Positions 39,381-49,394 of a stretch of 64,000 bases of DNA are shown here, piece after piece. The DNA comes from an uncultured delta proteobacterium. GTDB taxonomy: Bacteria; Desulfobacterota; Binatia; HRBIN30; BPIQ01. Every line of letters begins with the position of its first letter. The stretch's first letter is position 1. Where the stretch lies: contig CAVXGR010000018.1 of NCBI GenBank assembly GCA_963761335.1, positions 1,123,522 to 1,187,521 of the forward strand, in the 5' to 3' direction. The translations under genes were made by a program, and so were the position numbers. Under the pieces are notes generated by a model. That model saw only the letters and a list, made by a program, of their open reading frames with translations. It was not told the origin of the DNA and did not search any database.

Positions 39381-39785
39381 CTGAATCTCCTCTGCCCCCC
39401 CAAGATTCTGGATTCTCAACTACGGCCGTTTCAGGCCGTCTGTTCTGCGCAACACGATCAATGGCACCGTTGCCCTCGCCGTGTCTGCCTGAATGTTGGG
39501 GTGCGGGAGGCTTTCGCAGCCTACAAACGAGAGCGAGATTCTCGCGCCAGACGGTCAATTATACGGGCGCGACAATAGCAGCCTCGAGCCGCCGGCGCAA
39601 TCGGCAGGCGGCGGCGGCGGGTAGTGTCCCAAGTGACGATTGCGATCATTTCCGCGCCCCGGCGCGCCAAGTCCCCTCTCCCCGCATTTCCGCGGGGAGA
39701 GGATTGAGGAGAGGGGTCCCTTTCTCCGTTTCCAAATCGACGACGGCTTCTGATAGCGTCGCGCCTGATCTGAAAGGGGGAAACC

Positions 39786-41135
39786 ATGGGAACGAGCTCG
39801 TCTATTGGCGCGCGCCGCATTCTGTCCTTGTCGCTGCTGGCGGCGATGCTGGCAATGGCCTGCGACGCCGGCGCCATCACCATTACCTACGTGAACTCCG
39901 GACCGTCGGATTCGAGGGTGTTCGTGGGATTTGCCAACAACGCCTCGGGGGACACCACCAGCGACCTGGTCGCCGATCCCGCCGCCTACAGCCGCAACGA
40001 CACCCTCTACGGCCCGTCGACGCTGCCCTTCGATGCGATGGCCTACGGTGGCGCGGAGCTCGGCACCAATTTGAACGCCCCGCTGGGCGCGGGTGTGCGC
40101 TCGGTGTTCGCTCCCTTCAACCCGACGTTCTTCCGGGCGCACGGCGTGACCTCGGCCGCCAGCGGCTCGTACTCCTGCGACGCCTTTGCCTTCTCGGGCA
40201 ACACGACCTCGACGACGCCCACGGCGTGGATCGTCCACGTCGATCCGAGCGGCGCCGAGGTCGCCGGCACGCCAGCCGACGTTACGGTCACCGGGAGCAT
40301 CGCGGGCGACCTGTCCGTCGCCGGCGTCAGTGTCGCCGACGCCTCCTGGAACGTGGCCGCCACCTCGTTCGGGACGGTGATGTCCGGCACCGCCAATCAG
40401 AGCGTCGCGGGAAGCAGCAGCTTCAGCGACTCGGGCTCGCTCACCTTCACGGTTCCCCTGGGCGGCACCTTCGGCCTCCTGGTGGACTACGATCTGTCCG
40501 CCTCGGGCGGCGGCTCGGGTGCGGACTCGACCAGTGAGATCAATTCTTCGCTGGTCGAAGTCTCGGCGACCATTCCCGCCATGCTGGCGCCGGTGAGTGG
40601 CGCCAAGCTGCTGATGATGGACAAGTACACCAAGAGCTCGAAGGCCAAGGTGGTGCTGGTGTTGAAGGACACCACCCCGGGCAGCATCGGCAAGGGCCCG
40701 GCGGCGGACCCATCGGTGTTGTCCGGGTCGGTCGTTCTCCTCCAGGTCGCCAACCCCGCGAACCGCGCCGTCTATTCCCTCGACAGCGGGGACTGGATCC
40801 TCAACAAGGACAAGGTCGCCAAGCTCCGCAACCAGGACGCCGCCCCCGGTGCGGCCGGAGTCAAGACGGCGATCGTCAAGCCGGACAAGAGGCTGAAGAT
40901 CATCGCCAAGAACCTCGGCGACGGCGACGCGGCGAGCGGCGATCAGGACGCCAACGACCTCGACCTGAGCGCCCTGACGCCCGCCGACTCGGTGATGGCC
41001 CTGGTGACCATCGACAACGCCGACGACAGCTCGACCCGCACCATGTGCGCGCTGTTCGAGGCGCCGGTCATCAAGTCGATCGCCGGCGGCACGGGCATCA
41101 AGTACTTGTCGAAGACCTCGGTGCCCTGTCCGTAG
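39786..41135 (+). CDS. Secreted hypothetical protein
   Basis: Good RBS, signal peptide, Ser/Thr/Gly-rich beta regions. Confidence 0.7.
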   Translation: MGTSSSIGARRILSLSLLAAMLAMACDAGAITITYVNSGPSDSRVFVGFANNASGDTTSDLVADPAAYSRNDTLYGPSTLPFDAMAYGGAELGTNLNAPLGAGVRSVFAPFNPTFFRAHGVTSAASGSYSCDAFAFSGNTTSTTPTAWIVHVDPSGAEVAGTPADVTVTGSIAGDLSVAGVSVADASWNVAATSFGTVMSGTANQSVAGSSSFSDSGSLTFTVPLGGTFGLLVDYDLSASGGGSGADSTSEINSSLVEVSATIPAMLAPVSGAKLLMMDKYTKSSKAKVVLVLKDTTPGSIGKGPAADPSVLSGSVVLLQVANPANRAVYSLDSGDWILNKDKVAKLRNQDAAPGAAGVKTAIVKPDKRLKIIAKNLGDGDAASGDQDANDLDLSALTPADSVMALVTIDNADDSSTRTMCALFEAPVIKSIAGGTGIKYLSKTSVPCP

Positions 41136-41217
41136 ATTCTGCCCCGATCGTTGATCATCCCGGGTTTTTCAGCCCTGGGATGAGGTTCCGGACGTTCTGC
41201 GCCGCCGCGGGGAGCAC

Positions 41218-41473
41218 GGGCATGTAGCAGCGGGGCTGCACACCACTCGCGACCATTTCTGCGCCCCCGAGAGGGGGCGCGGGCATGTAGCAGCGGGGCT
41301 GCACACCACTCGCGGCCATTTCTGCGCCCTCGAGAGGGGGCGCAGGCACGTAGCAGCGGGAGGGGCTGCACACCACTCGCGACCATTTCTGCGCCCCCGA
41401 GAGGGGGCGCGGGCATGTAGCAGCGGGGCTGCACACCACTCGCGACCATATTCTGCGCCCCCGAGAGGGGCGC
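41218..41473. repeat. Four tandem ~63 bp repeats of the CATGTAG/GCGCCCC family
   Basis: Near-identical units start at 41218, 41281, 41344 and 41411. Confidence 0.85.
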
Positions 41474-41572
41474 GGGCATGTAGCCCCGGGTGTAAACCCG
41501 GGGACCTGTGGGCACGTTCCCCCAGGCGCCCCGGCAGGGGCGCGGGCAGTGGAGTCGTCCCTGACCCCAGCA

Positions 41573-41601
41573 TTGCGCGCCCATCGCGGAGTGGTTAAAG
41601 T
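41573..41601 (+). promoter_or_regulatory. Candidate sigma70 promoter of ssrA
   Basis: TTGCGC-17 bp-TAAAGT, ending 12 bp upstream of the tmRNA 5' end. Confidence 0.5.
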
Positions 41602-41613
41602 GCGCCTCATTGA

Positions 41614-42543
<930 letters not shown>

Positions 42544-42559
42544 ACGAGAGCAGTCAGCT

Positions 42560-43020
42560 CTCCGTGAACGGTTCGACACGAAGTTCCGCGACTTCAGGCG
42601 GGTCGCCACCGCGCGGCGCGAGAAGGACTTCCCGACCATGGAGCAGATCAAGCACGTGATCACGGAGATGCGGGCAGGCTCCGACATCGAGCGGCGCAAT
42701 CGGGCACTCGTCGCCTTCACCGTGCTGACCGGCGCCCGGGACAGCGCCATCGCGTCGATGCGGCTGAGGCATGTCGACCTCGCCGCCGGCTGCGTCTACC
42801 AGGACGCTCGCCAGGTGAAGACGAAGTTCAGCAAGACCTTCACGACGTACTTCCTGCCCGTGGGCGAAGAGATTCACCAGATCGTCGTTGAATGGGTGAC
42901 CTACCTGCGGCAGACGAAGCTGTGGGGCAACGACGACCCGTTGTTCCCGGCCACCGAGACGGTGGTGGGCGCCAACCGGCAGTTCCAGGCCGCCGGCCTG
43001 AAGCGCCAGAATTGGAACCG
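42560..43020 (+). pseudogene. Tyrosine recombinase fragment
   Basis: RNRALVAFTVLTGARDSAIASMRLRHVD box-I region; no N-terminus and no HxxR/Y C-terminus. Confidence 0.7.
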
Positions 43021-43105
43021 TTCTTTCCAGCAAATACCCTTCAGGACGCTAAAGGGTTACGAATTTCAATCTTTCAAGACACGGTACCGGGCCCCCAGAA
43101 GGCGA

Positions 43106-44146
43106 CTACCGTCGCACAGGCCAGCCCAACGTCAGCCACCCTACCGCACAGAGCATCAGGACCAGGCCCATCAGGCCGACCGGTGAAGCCGCCGGCACCG
43201 GCAGCGGCGGTGGTGTTGCTTCGAAGCCCGTGCTGAACAACCCAACCGTGACTCCGCTTGCGGTGTTGATGACCTTCATCGAGACATCGTCGATGTAGAA
43301 GCCCTGGTGAACGGGGTAGTCGTTGAAGCTGTTCGACCACTTCACGGCCGTGCCCGGCGAGTAAGGGCTCCCGTCGCAATAGTGCTGCTGGTGCACCCAC
43401 ATTACATCCGGGTCCGTTACCGTTATCTCTCCAGGGGTGCCTTCATCGATGACATAGGTCGTCGTCCCGTAGGTCGAGAAGTCGGAGGGCGTGACGTTCG
43501 GATAGATCGACGTCATCTTCACCGTGTGCCAGGTGCCGGCCGCGACCGTCGCCAGGGTGAGATCGGGGAAGTCTTGATTCGAGCAACTATCGGTGGACGA
43601 AAAATGAAAGCGATGAAGTGTGACGTCGGTGGCGGAAGTGGCTGTTATGTAGAGGTTCGGACCTGTACGGTTCGGGTCGACAACATCGCGGTTGCCCTCG
43701 TAGACGTTGATCTGGGAGCCGTCGCCCGGCGCGACCGCCCTGAAGGCGAACGAGATCACCGACTCGTCGCCGGCGGGTGTCACCGGGCTGTTCGCCCCCG
43801 CGCCGAAGGCGCTGGCAGCGTTCGGGGCCCCGACCGTCGCGACGTACGGGGTAAAGGGCGTGCCCGAACCCGGACTGCCGTAGCTCCCGCTGTAGCGCCA
43901 CGACTGCTTTCCGTTGAACGCGTCGCTGTCCGTCACGACGTCGCTGTTGGGGAGGTTGTTTGTGAACCCTTGGCCGACAATACCCGCGTCCCAGCCATTT
44001 TGAAGGCTCAGATTCCCCAGCATGTAGAGCCCGGCCAATCCCCATGCCGGCCCGGTGAGGACCCCGACGAGTGCCGCGACGCTCAGTATCGAGACGACCG
44101 CACTGGCGTACAAGCCACTTCCTGCAGAGAAACGCGCGCTCATCAT
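43106..44146 (-). CDS. Exported protein with a C-terminal IPTL-CTERM-like sorting signal
   Basis: Signal peptide; ends VPAASPVGLMGLVLMLCAVGWLTLGWPVRR. Confidence 0.7.
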   Translation of the reverse strand: MMSARFSAGSGLYASAVVSILSVAALVGVLTGPAWGLAGLYMLGNLSLQNGWDAGIVGQGFTNNLPNSDVVTDSDAFNGKQSWRYSGSYGSPGSGTPFTPYVATVGAPNAASAFGAGANSPVTPAGDESVISFAFRAVAPGDGSQINVYEGNRDVVDPNRTGPNLYITATSATDVTLHRFHFSSTDSCSNQDFPDLTLATVAAGTWHTVKMTSIYPNVTPSDFSTYGTTTYVIDEGTPGEITVTDPDVMWVHQQHYCDGSPYSPGTAVKWSNSFNDYPVHQGFYIDDVSMKVINTASGVTVGLFSTGFEATPPPLPVPAASPVGLMGLVLMLCAVGWLTLGWPVRR

Positions 44147-44499
44147 GTTCCCTCCCCTGGGTTGTCTGGCGCACCATGATGCACGCGGGGATGGGAAAGT
44201 CAAAAAGAAAAGTCAAAAGAACCTTGAAAGACTGCGTGTTTAATCCGCTGTCTGAGCGGAAACGGCAGCCTGCCACTCCAGTTCGGGGATATCCGGCTCG
44301 ACCGGTTTGACCCGTCCACGTATGGCTTTTGAGGTGCCCACCGCGGCTCACGTCAATTACGGAATAGCGTAGGCATCCGTTTCTTCATCAAGCCCACGGC
44401 GAGGGACCTGACCGACCGAGCAAGGAGACGCAAATCCTGAATGTGGCAGCATCGAGTATCCGCGAGCGCAGGGATAGAGGGGGAAGCCCGGAGCTTGAT

Positions 44500-44835
44500 T
44501 AGGTGCGAGGAGTACAAACCCTCCCGCCGCAGCAGTGCCCCGATCGCCCCTGCCGTCGTGCACCGGTCCGCCTCCCGCACGATCCGCCGCTTGTACTCCG
44601 CCGTGAAACGCCGCCGCCGTGCCTTCGCCACCACCTCGGTCTCCGCCGCCGCCGGCCCAGGGGGCTCGCCCGCCGGCGCCGCGGCCGGGGAAACTCCACT
44701 CGCCCTACGGGCTCCTTCCGTTTCCCCGGCCGTCTCACCACCTGCTGCTTCTTCTCCACTGCCTTCATCGTCCATCTTCCCTCACCGCCCCCTACAGTAA
44801 ACTACCCCTACCCAACTGTCTCACCCTCATTGGCA
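44500..44835 (-). mobile_element. Truncated IS3-like element (left end + partial OrfA)
   Basis: RRRFTAEYKRRIVREAD..GALLRREGLYSSHL HTH, cut off after SSHL; TGCCAATGAGGGTGAGACA terminus at 44835. Confidence 0.72.
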
Positions 44836-44926
44836 GAGAGGGCGGATGCGGGAAACCCGCACGTCCGGTTCGACGAGGGGGGAGATGGTCGCGCGCTTCG
44901 GCGTGTCGCCTTCTCCTCTACTCTAC
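44836..44926 (+). ncRNA. Group II intron 3' remnant (domains V and VI)
   Basis: GCGGATGCGGGAAACCCGCACGTCCGGTTCGACGAGGGG (DV consensus), then a DVI stem with bulged A ending ...CTACTCTAC. Confidence 0.8.
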
Positions 44927-44929
44927 AAC

Positions 44930-45076
44930 GGGGTCTGAGGGCGAAGCCCCCAGGCGCCGTTTCCTCGCGACACACGTGCGGTGCGGGCAGGCTACGTTGC
45001 GGTGGATGTTCGTGAGGTGGGGCAACTCAGCCCGCGATGTGCCCAGCGCCAGGTGACGTGCGTTTTTCTCCCGTGA
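44930..45076 (+). pseudogene. Internally deleted DGR relic (hairpin fused to RT 3' end)
   Basis: 44930-44972 matches 48554-48596; 44975-45076 matches RT tail 50823-50924. Confidence 0.85.
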
Positions 45077-45353
45077 CCAAGCGTCGAACTGCTTTGGCAG
45101 GAGCCCCGCCAGCCACACCCCAAAGACGGCTACGGGTACTCCCGCTTCTGCGACCTGTACCGAGCGGGACATCTTGGAGCCGGCGCGACGCAGATGGAGC
45201 CGTGCGTTCATCGAGCTGTCGGCCACCGCGCCGGGCTTCCCGTATCCCGAGGAGCCGGCCCGGGCCGCGTCCCGACTTCGACTGAACGTTGTGCCGGCTG
45301 CCACGCATCCAAGACCGCTGGCAAATCTGTCTCATATGTGAGACATCCACAAG

Positions 45354-45671
45354 GTGATCGTCATCGTCGGACCGTGCGGGCGGGAGATATTGACGCTTCC
45401 TGCAGAACTCCGCGGCGATCTGGCGGACGCGCTGGCGCGCCTCGACCTTGGAATGAAACTCTCCATGCCCCTGTCCCGGCCGATGCCGTCCATCGGGCGG
45501 GGCGCGCACGAACTGCGACTGAAGGATCGATCGGGGCAGTACCGAATCCTTTACGTTCTGGCGCGCCCCGGTTTTGTGCACGTGCTCCACGCCTTCAAGA
45601 AGAAAACCCAGGCCACGCCCGCGCGGAACATCGCCATTGCAAGACAACGACTGAGAGAGGTGCAGCCATGA
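45354..45671 (+). CDS. RelE/HigB (Gp49-like) toxin, copy 1
   Basis: ELRLKD.SGQYRILY..LHAFKKKTQATP motif. Confidence 0.85.
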   Translation: MIVIVGPCGREILTLPAELRGDLADALARLDLGMKLSMPLSRPMPSIGRGAHELRLKDRSGQYRILYVLARPGFVHVLHAFKKKTQATPARNIAIARQRLREVQP

Positions 45672-45949
45672 AGAAAACATCGGCGTCGCGGATCGCAAGC
45701 CAGCTCGGCATCCCCAAGAGCCGCGGCATGGAAGCTGTCCTGAAGGCACAGCTCATCGCGGCCGTCTGTCGCGAGGTGGAGCGCCGGCAGCTGACGCACG
45801 CGGAGCTGGCGAGCCGATCGGGCCTGGCGCGTACCACCGTGACCGGGATTCTGTCGGGCAGCTTGCAGAAGGTAACGATCAACCGTGTGCTGAGGCTCGT
45901 CGAAGCGGCGGGCCTGGAGGCGGAGATCAGAGTTCGACGCGCCGCCTGA
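45668..45949 (+). CDS. XRE/HigA-like HTH antitoxin, copy 1
   Basis: LTHAELASRSGLARTTV HTH; ATGA overlap with the toxin gene. Confidence 0.82.
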   Translation: MKKTSASRIASQLGIPKSRGMEAVLKAQLIAAVCREVERRQLTHAELASRSGLARTTVTGILSGSLQKVTINRVLRLVEAAGLEAEIRVRRAA

Positions 45950-46170
45950 GACCTTGGGCAGCACGCCAGGCGAGGGGGCAACATTGACGGCAACTGGGAA
46001 GCCCAGAAAGCAGCCATCCGGGTTTCCAGTCTCGCGGTCACCAGCGCTTCCTTCGAGTACACGGCCGTTTGTTTCAGGCTCGCAACGATGAGGTTCAGCC
46101 GCGGGGCGCCGGAAGCCAGCGCTCGTCCGGCCAGGCGCGATGACAGTAGTCGGCGAGCCTGCGCCTGAAG

Positions 46171-46407
46171 TCAGGATCCGGTCGCGGTAAGCTCGCGGAC
46201 GTGAGCGACGTCACGGGGCAGGATCGAACGGACTTGCCCCGGCCGCAGCGTTACGACAGCCACCGTTTCTCCTGCGAGCGTCATGATCTCGACTTCGTAG
46301 CCGGCGCCGCCCTTGTGGACGTGGACCACGGTGCCGATATCCCCGGCTTCGAGACCAGCATCGGCGACGTCCTCTGTGAGGACCACAATTTCATGCTCGT
46401 TGATCAT
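46171..46407 (-). CDS. DUF4926-like small protein
   Basis: GLEAGDIGTVVHVH..AGYEVE motif. Confidence 0.75.
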   Translation of the reverse strand: MINEHEIVVLTEDVADAGLEAGDIGTVVHVHKGGAGYEVEIMTLAGETVAVVTLRPGQVRSILPRDVAHVRELTATGS

Positions 46408-46748
46408 CGTGTTACTCCCACAGGATACGCCGTGATGAGCCGCGGGGCAACTTCGCCGGAATCGAGTTGCCAAACCGTTCGCACCAGAGGACCTCGGCCG
46501 TCAGGGGTCGTCAGTGGACCGTCCACCTCGTAGCGAGGGCCGAAACCAGTGTCCCGTTCGGCACTCACCTCGTGTCGTTGAGGATGCTCGGACAGGGCAC
46601 GAGCGAGCGTTTCCCAGTCGTCCAGACGGAAGCCGAAGCCGGTGAAGAAGCGAGCCTTGCTGGCACCGAATCGATGCACTGGGTTGAGCAGGTACTCAGT
46701 GATCTTTTCACGCTCGACAATGGCGAGATGCGCGTTCGGAAGCTTCAT
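46404..46748 (-). CDS. DUF6883-like putative nuclease/toxin
   Basis: KITEYLLNPVH..KARFF..GF..PRLITAYP; coupled to the downstream DUF4926 gene. Confidence 0.72.
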   Translation of the reverse strand: MKLPNAHLAIVEREKITEYLLNPVHRFGASKARFFTGFGFRLDDWETLARALSEHPQRHEVSAERDTGFGPRYEVDGPLTTPDGRGPLVRTVWQLDSGEVAPRLITAYPVGVTR

Positions 46749-47444
46749 TGGCTCGAGGTCCCTGGATTGTCGCAATCAAGGGAGGATCATATCAGCAGCG
46801 GCCGGAAGGAATGAAGAGGATTGGCGGCCGCAGGAAGAGTGTTTCACCGCTACCGGTGGCCGCGCCTCGACGTCCCGAAGATCTGGCGGAGAATTCCTTC
46901 CTGTCGTACTGCGAAAGATGCGCGGTCCGGGCGACCCGAGCAAGTAGCAGGGCTCTCCGTGCCGACAAGGAGCCGATCCTGAACCCCGGGGACGCGTGAT
47001 CGCGAACGGTCAATGCAGTTCGGCCGCCGCCTTGGCCATCTGCTGCCGCGGTCCCGCCGTTTCACGGTCTTGAGGGAGCCGCAGGCATGGCAGAACCGGC
47101 CACTAGAGCCGGTTCTGTCTTGTTGTCTACCTGACTCGATGCCCGGATGGTGAAGATGGCGAGTTCGGCGTTGACTCTTCGAATCGGAACGGGATAAGGA
47201 GAGTTCTCAAGAAACTTCGATGAGAGCAGGGACGGCAACCGCGAGGCATGTGGTTTTATTGAAGCCCGGCGGGGCAGTGGCGACACTTGCCCGGAGGCTT
47301 GCCCGGATCTGGCTCTCCCCCCCCTTGTCCCCTCCGTACCGGATGAAGGAGGGGTCCTTCGCACGAAGTGGGACAGCAGCAAATGGACAGATTGACAGGC
47401 CGCTATTTCAGATTGCGTAGATGAAGATTGAGGAGGACAAGCAG

Positions 47445-48512
47445 ATGGTTGCAGAGCGACCCACGACGACGACACGCCTGCTGGCAATTGCCCTGGCGGC
47501 CACTTCGCTGGTGTGGTTGGCAACGGCTCCGGCCTGGGCGGGGCTCTCGGCCGCGGCGAAGTGCGAGGCGCTGAAGAACAAGGAGGCGGGAAAGTACGCC
47601 TTCTGTCTCGAGAACGCGCAGATGAAGCTGGTGAAGACCAAGGGCGCGTGCTCGGCGACGACGTCGACCACCTGCTACCGGGACGACGAGTGTCCCATGG
47701 GCGAGACGTGCAGCAAGGACACGACCAAGTACGATCAGCTCGTGGGCAAGTGCGACCAGAAGTACTCCGACCACTGGGCGAAATGGGAGCTGAATGCGGG
47801 GGGCAGCTGCCCGACGACCGGGGACGAAGCGAGCGTTCAGGCACAGATCACGACGGACGCGAATCGGACGGCGTGGCAGGTGTCGGGGCAGGGGCGCTTC
47901 GCCGACAACGGGGATGGCACGGTCACGGACAAGCAGACGGGACTGATGTGGGAGAAGAAGGTCGCGCTCGACTCGACGCAGGATTTCCCCAACCTCCAGG
48001 ACGCCGATAACTACTACGAGTGGGCGGGCTACTGCTCGTCGAACACGAGCAAGTACTGCCAGCCAAACACCGCCGCGGCAGCGACCTGTGCGGCGGGCGT
48101 GCAGGGCGACCCGACGGGCTGCGAGGAGTGCACGGGAGGGGATGGGACCTGCACTATCGGGGGCTCCGGGACGACCATCTGGGACTGGCTCAACCAGCTC
48201 AACACCGCCGACTTTGCCGGTTACCACGACTGGCGGGTGCCGGCGCGAAGCGAGCTTGAGTCCATTGTGGACCTGACCGACGCTACACCGCCTGTGGTGG
48301 ATGCCTCGTTCCAAGGGTCGAGCTGTGGCGGAGCATGCACGGACATTGCCGACCCTGCGTGCAGCTGCACGCAGTCGTACTCCTACTGGTCCGCGTCCAG
48401 TTACGCACCCTCCCCGTTCTACGCGTGGGGCGTGTACTTCAGCCTTGGCGGCGTGGGCGCGTACGACGAGGCGTACGGCTTCTACGTGCGTGCAGTGCGG
48501 GGCGGCTCGTGA
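47445..48512 (+). CDS. DGR target protein: secreted Cys-rich protein with a DUF1566/Lcl C-terminal (C-type-lectin-fold) domain
   Basis: Signal peptide; RFADNGDGTVTDKQTGLMWEK, DWRVPARSELESIV and YWSAS..VRAVRGGS motifs; 3' end is the VR. Confidence 0.92.
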   Translation: MVAERPTTTTRLLAIALAATSLVWLATAPAWAGLSAAAKCEALKNKEAGKYAFCLENAQMKLVKTKGACSATTSTTCYRDDECPMGETCSKDTTKYDQLVGKCDQKYSDHWAKWELNAGGSCPTTGDEASVQAQITTDANRTAWQVSGQGRFADNGDGTVTDKQTGLMWEKKVALDSTQDFPNLQDADNYYEWAGYCSSNTSKYCQPNTAAAATCAAGVQGDPTGCEECTGGDGTCTIGGSGTTIWDWLNQLNTADFAGYHDWRVPARSELESIVDLTDATPPVVDASFQGSSCGGACTDIADPACSCTQSYSYWSASSYAPSPFYAWGVYFSLGGVGAYDEAYGFYVRAVRGGS

Positions 48513-48514
48513 TC
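48369..48514 (+). repeat. DGR variable repeat (VR)
   Basis: 146 bp ungapped match to 49187-49332 with 27 mismatches, all opposite TR adenines. Confidence 0.97.
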
Positions 48515-48556
48515 GATCATTGGGCCCTTTGAACCCTTTGATTATTTGACCTGGGG

Positions 48557-48579
48557 GTCTGGGGGCGAAGCCCCCAGAC
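48557..48579 (+). promoter_or_regulatory. DGR target-recognition hairpin/cruciform
   Basis: GTCTGGGGGC-GAA-GCCCCCAGAC: perfect 10 bp stem with a 3 nt GAA loop, ~40 bp after the VR. Confidence 0.85.
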
Positions 48580-48595
48580 GCCGTTCCCTCGCGAC

Positions 48596-49000
48596 ATGGC
48601 CCGAACCGAGCATTTGCCGGTCTACAAGGCGAGCTATGACCTGTGCCTGTACCTTGAGCAGGTCGTGCGCGGCTTCGCCCGCTATCACAAGTACTCCATG
48701 GGACAGGAGCTTCGCGATGGCGCCAGATTCATCTTGAAGCTGATCGTGAGAGCCAATGCGCGGCGGGACAAGGTGCCCGTGCTGCTGCAGATCCGCGAGG
48801 AGCTGGAAGAGCTGAAGGTGCTGCTGCGCCTGTGCCATGATGCCAAGGCGCTTCCCAACTTCAACAGCTTCGAGCACGCCATCTGCCTGGTGACCGACAT
48901 AGCCCGGCAGAACGAAGGTTGGCTGAAGAGCCAACGTCAGGGCCGTGGCCAGAATCGGCACGCGATCCTCGAGGAGGTAGCGAAGCCGAGCGCGCCGTGA
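48596..49000 (+). CDS. avd: DGR accessory variability determinant (Avd-like four-helix bundle)
   Basis: LPVYK..YDL..F.RYHKYSMG.ELR..LRLCHD..GW pattern; lies between the VR and TR. Confidence 0.88.
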   Translation: MARTEHLPVYKASYDLCLYLEQVVRGFARYHKYSMGQELRDGARFILKLIVRANARRDKVPVLLQIREELEELKVLLRLCHDAKALPNFNSFEHAICLVTDIARQNEGWLKSQRQGRGQNRHAILEEVAKPSAP

Positions 49001-49186
49001 TCACGAGGTCCCTCTCCCACCGCAGGCCTCGGCACATGCCGCCCTGCGGTGAAAGCCAAAGCCCTGTGATGGGGCGGAGGCACAAGGAGGCCTTCCCCGG
49101 CCTCGGTCGGGCCAGGCCGCCGGGTCCGTTCCTCCTTTATATGCCAGTGCACTCCAGAGGGGGTTCGGGGACAAGCGGAGAGGGCG

Positions 49187-49332
49187 ACGCAGTCGAACAA
49201 CTACTGGTCCGCGTCCAGTTACGCACCCAACCCGAACAACGCGTGGAACGTGAACTTCAACAATGGCAACGTGAACGCGAACAACAAGACGAACAACAAC
49301 TACGTGCGTGCAGTGCGGGGCGGCTCGTGATC
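49187..49332 (+). ncRNA. DGR template repeat (TR)
   Basis: AAC-rich counterpart of the VR (16 in-frame AAY codons), between avd and the RT gene. Confidence 0.96.
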
Positions 49333-49394
49333 ACGGTCCAACCTTCTGTCGCCCGTGGAGAGTGGCCTGCCGCTCTCCACGGGCAGTCTTCACC

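Larger units (their letters stand above)
44975..45986 (+). repeat. ~1 kb direct repeat copy 1 (RT tail + TA pair)
   Basis: Near-identical to 50823-51842. Confidence 0.92.

Noticed and set aside
41218..41473. Possible CRISPR array (~63 bp period)
   Set aside because: The whole unit repeats, including the would-be spacer.
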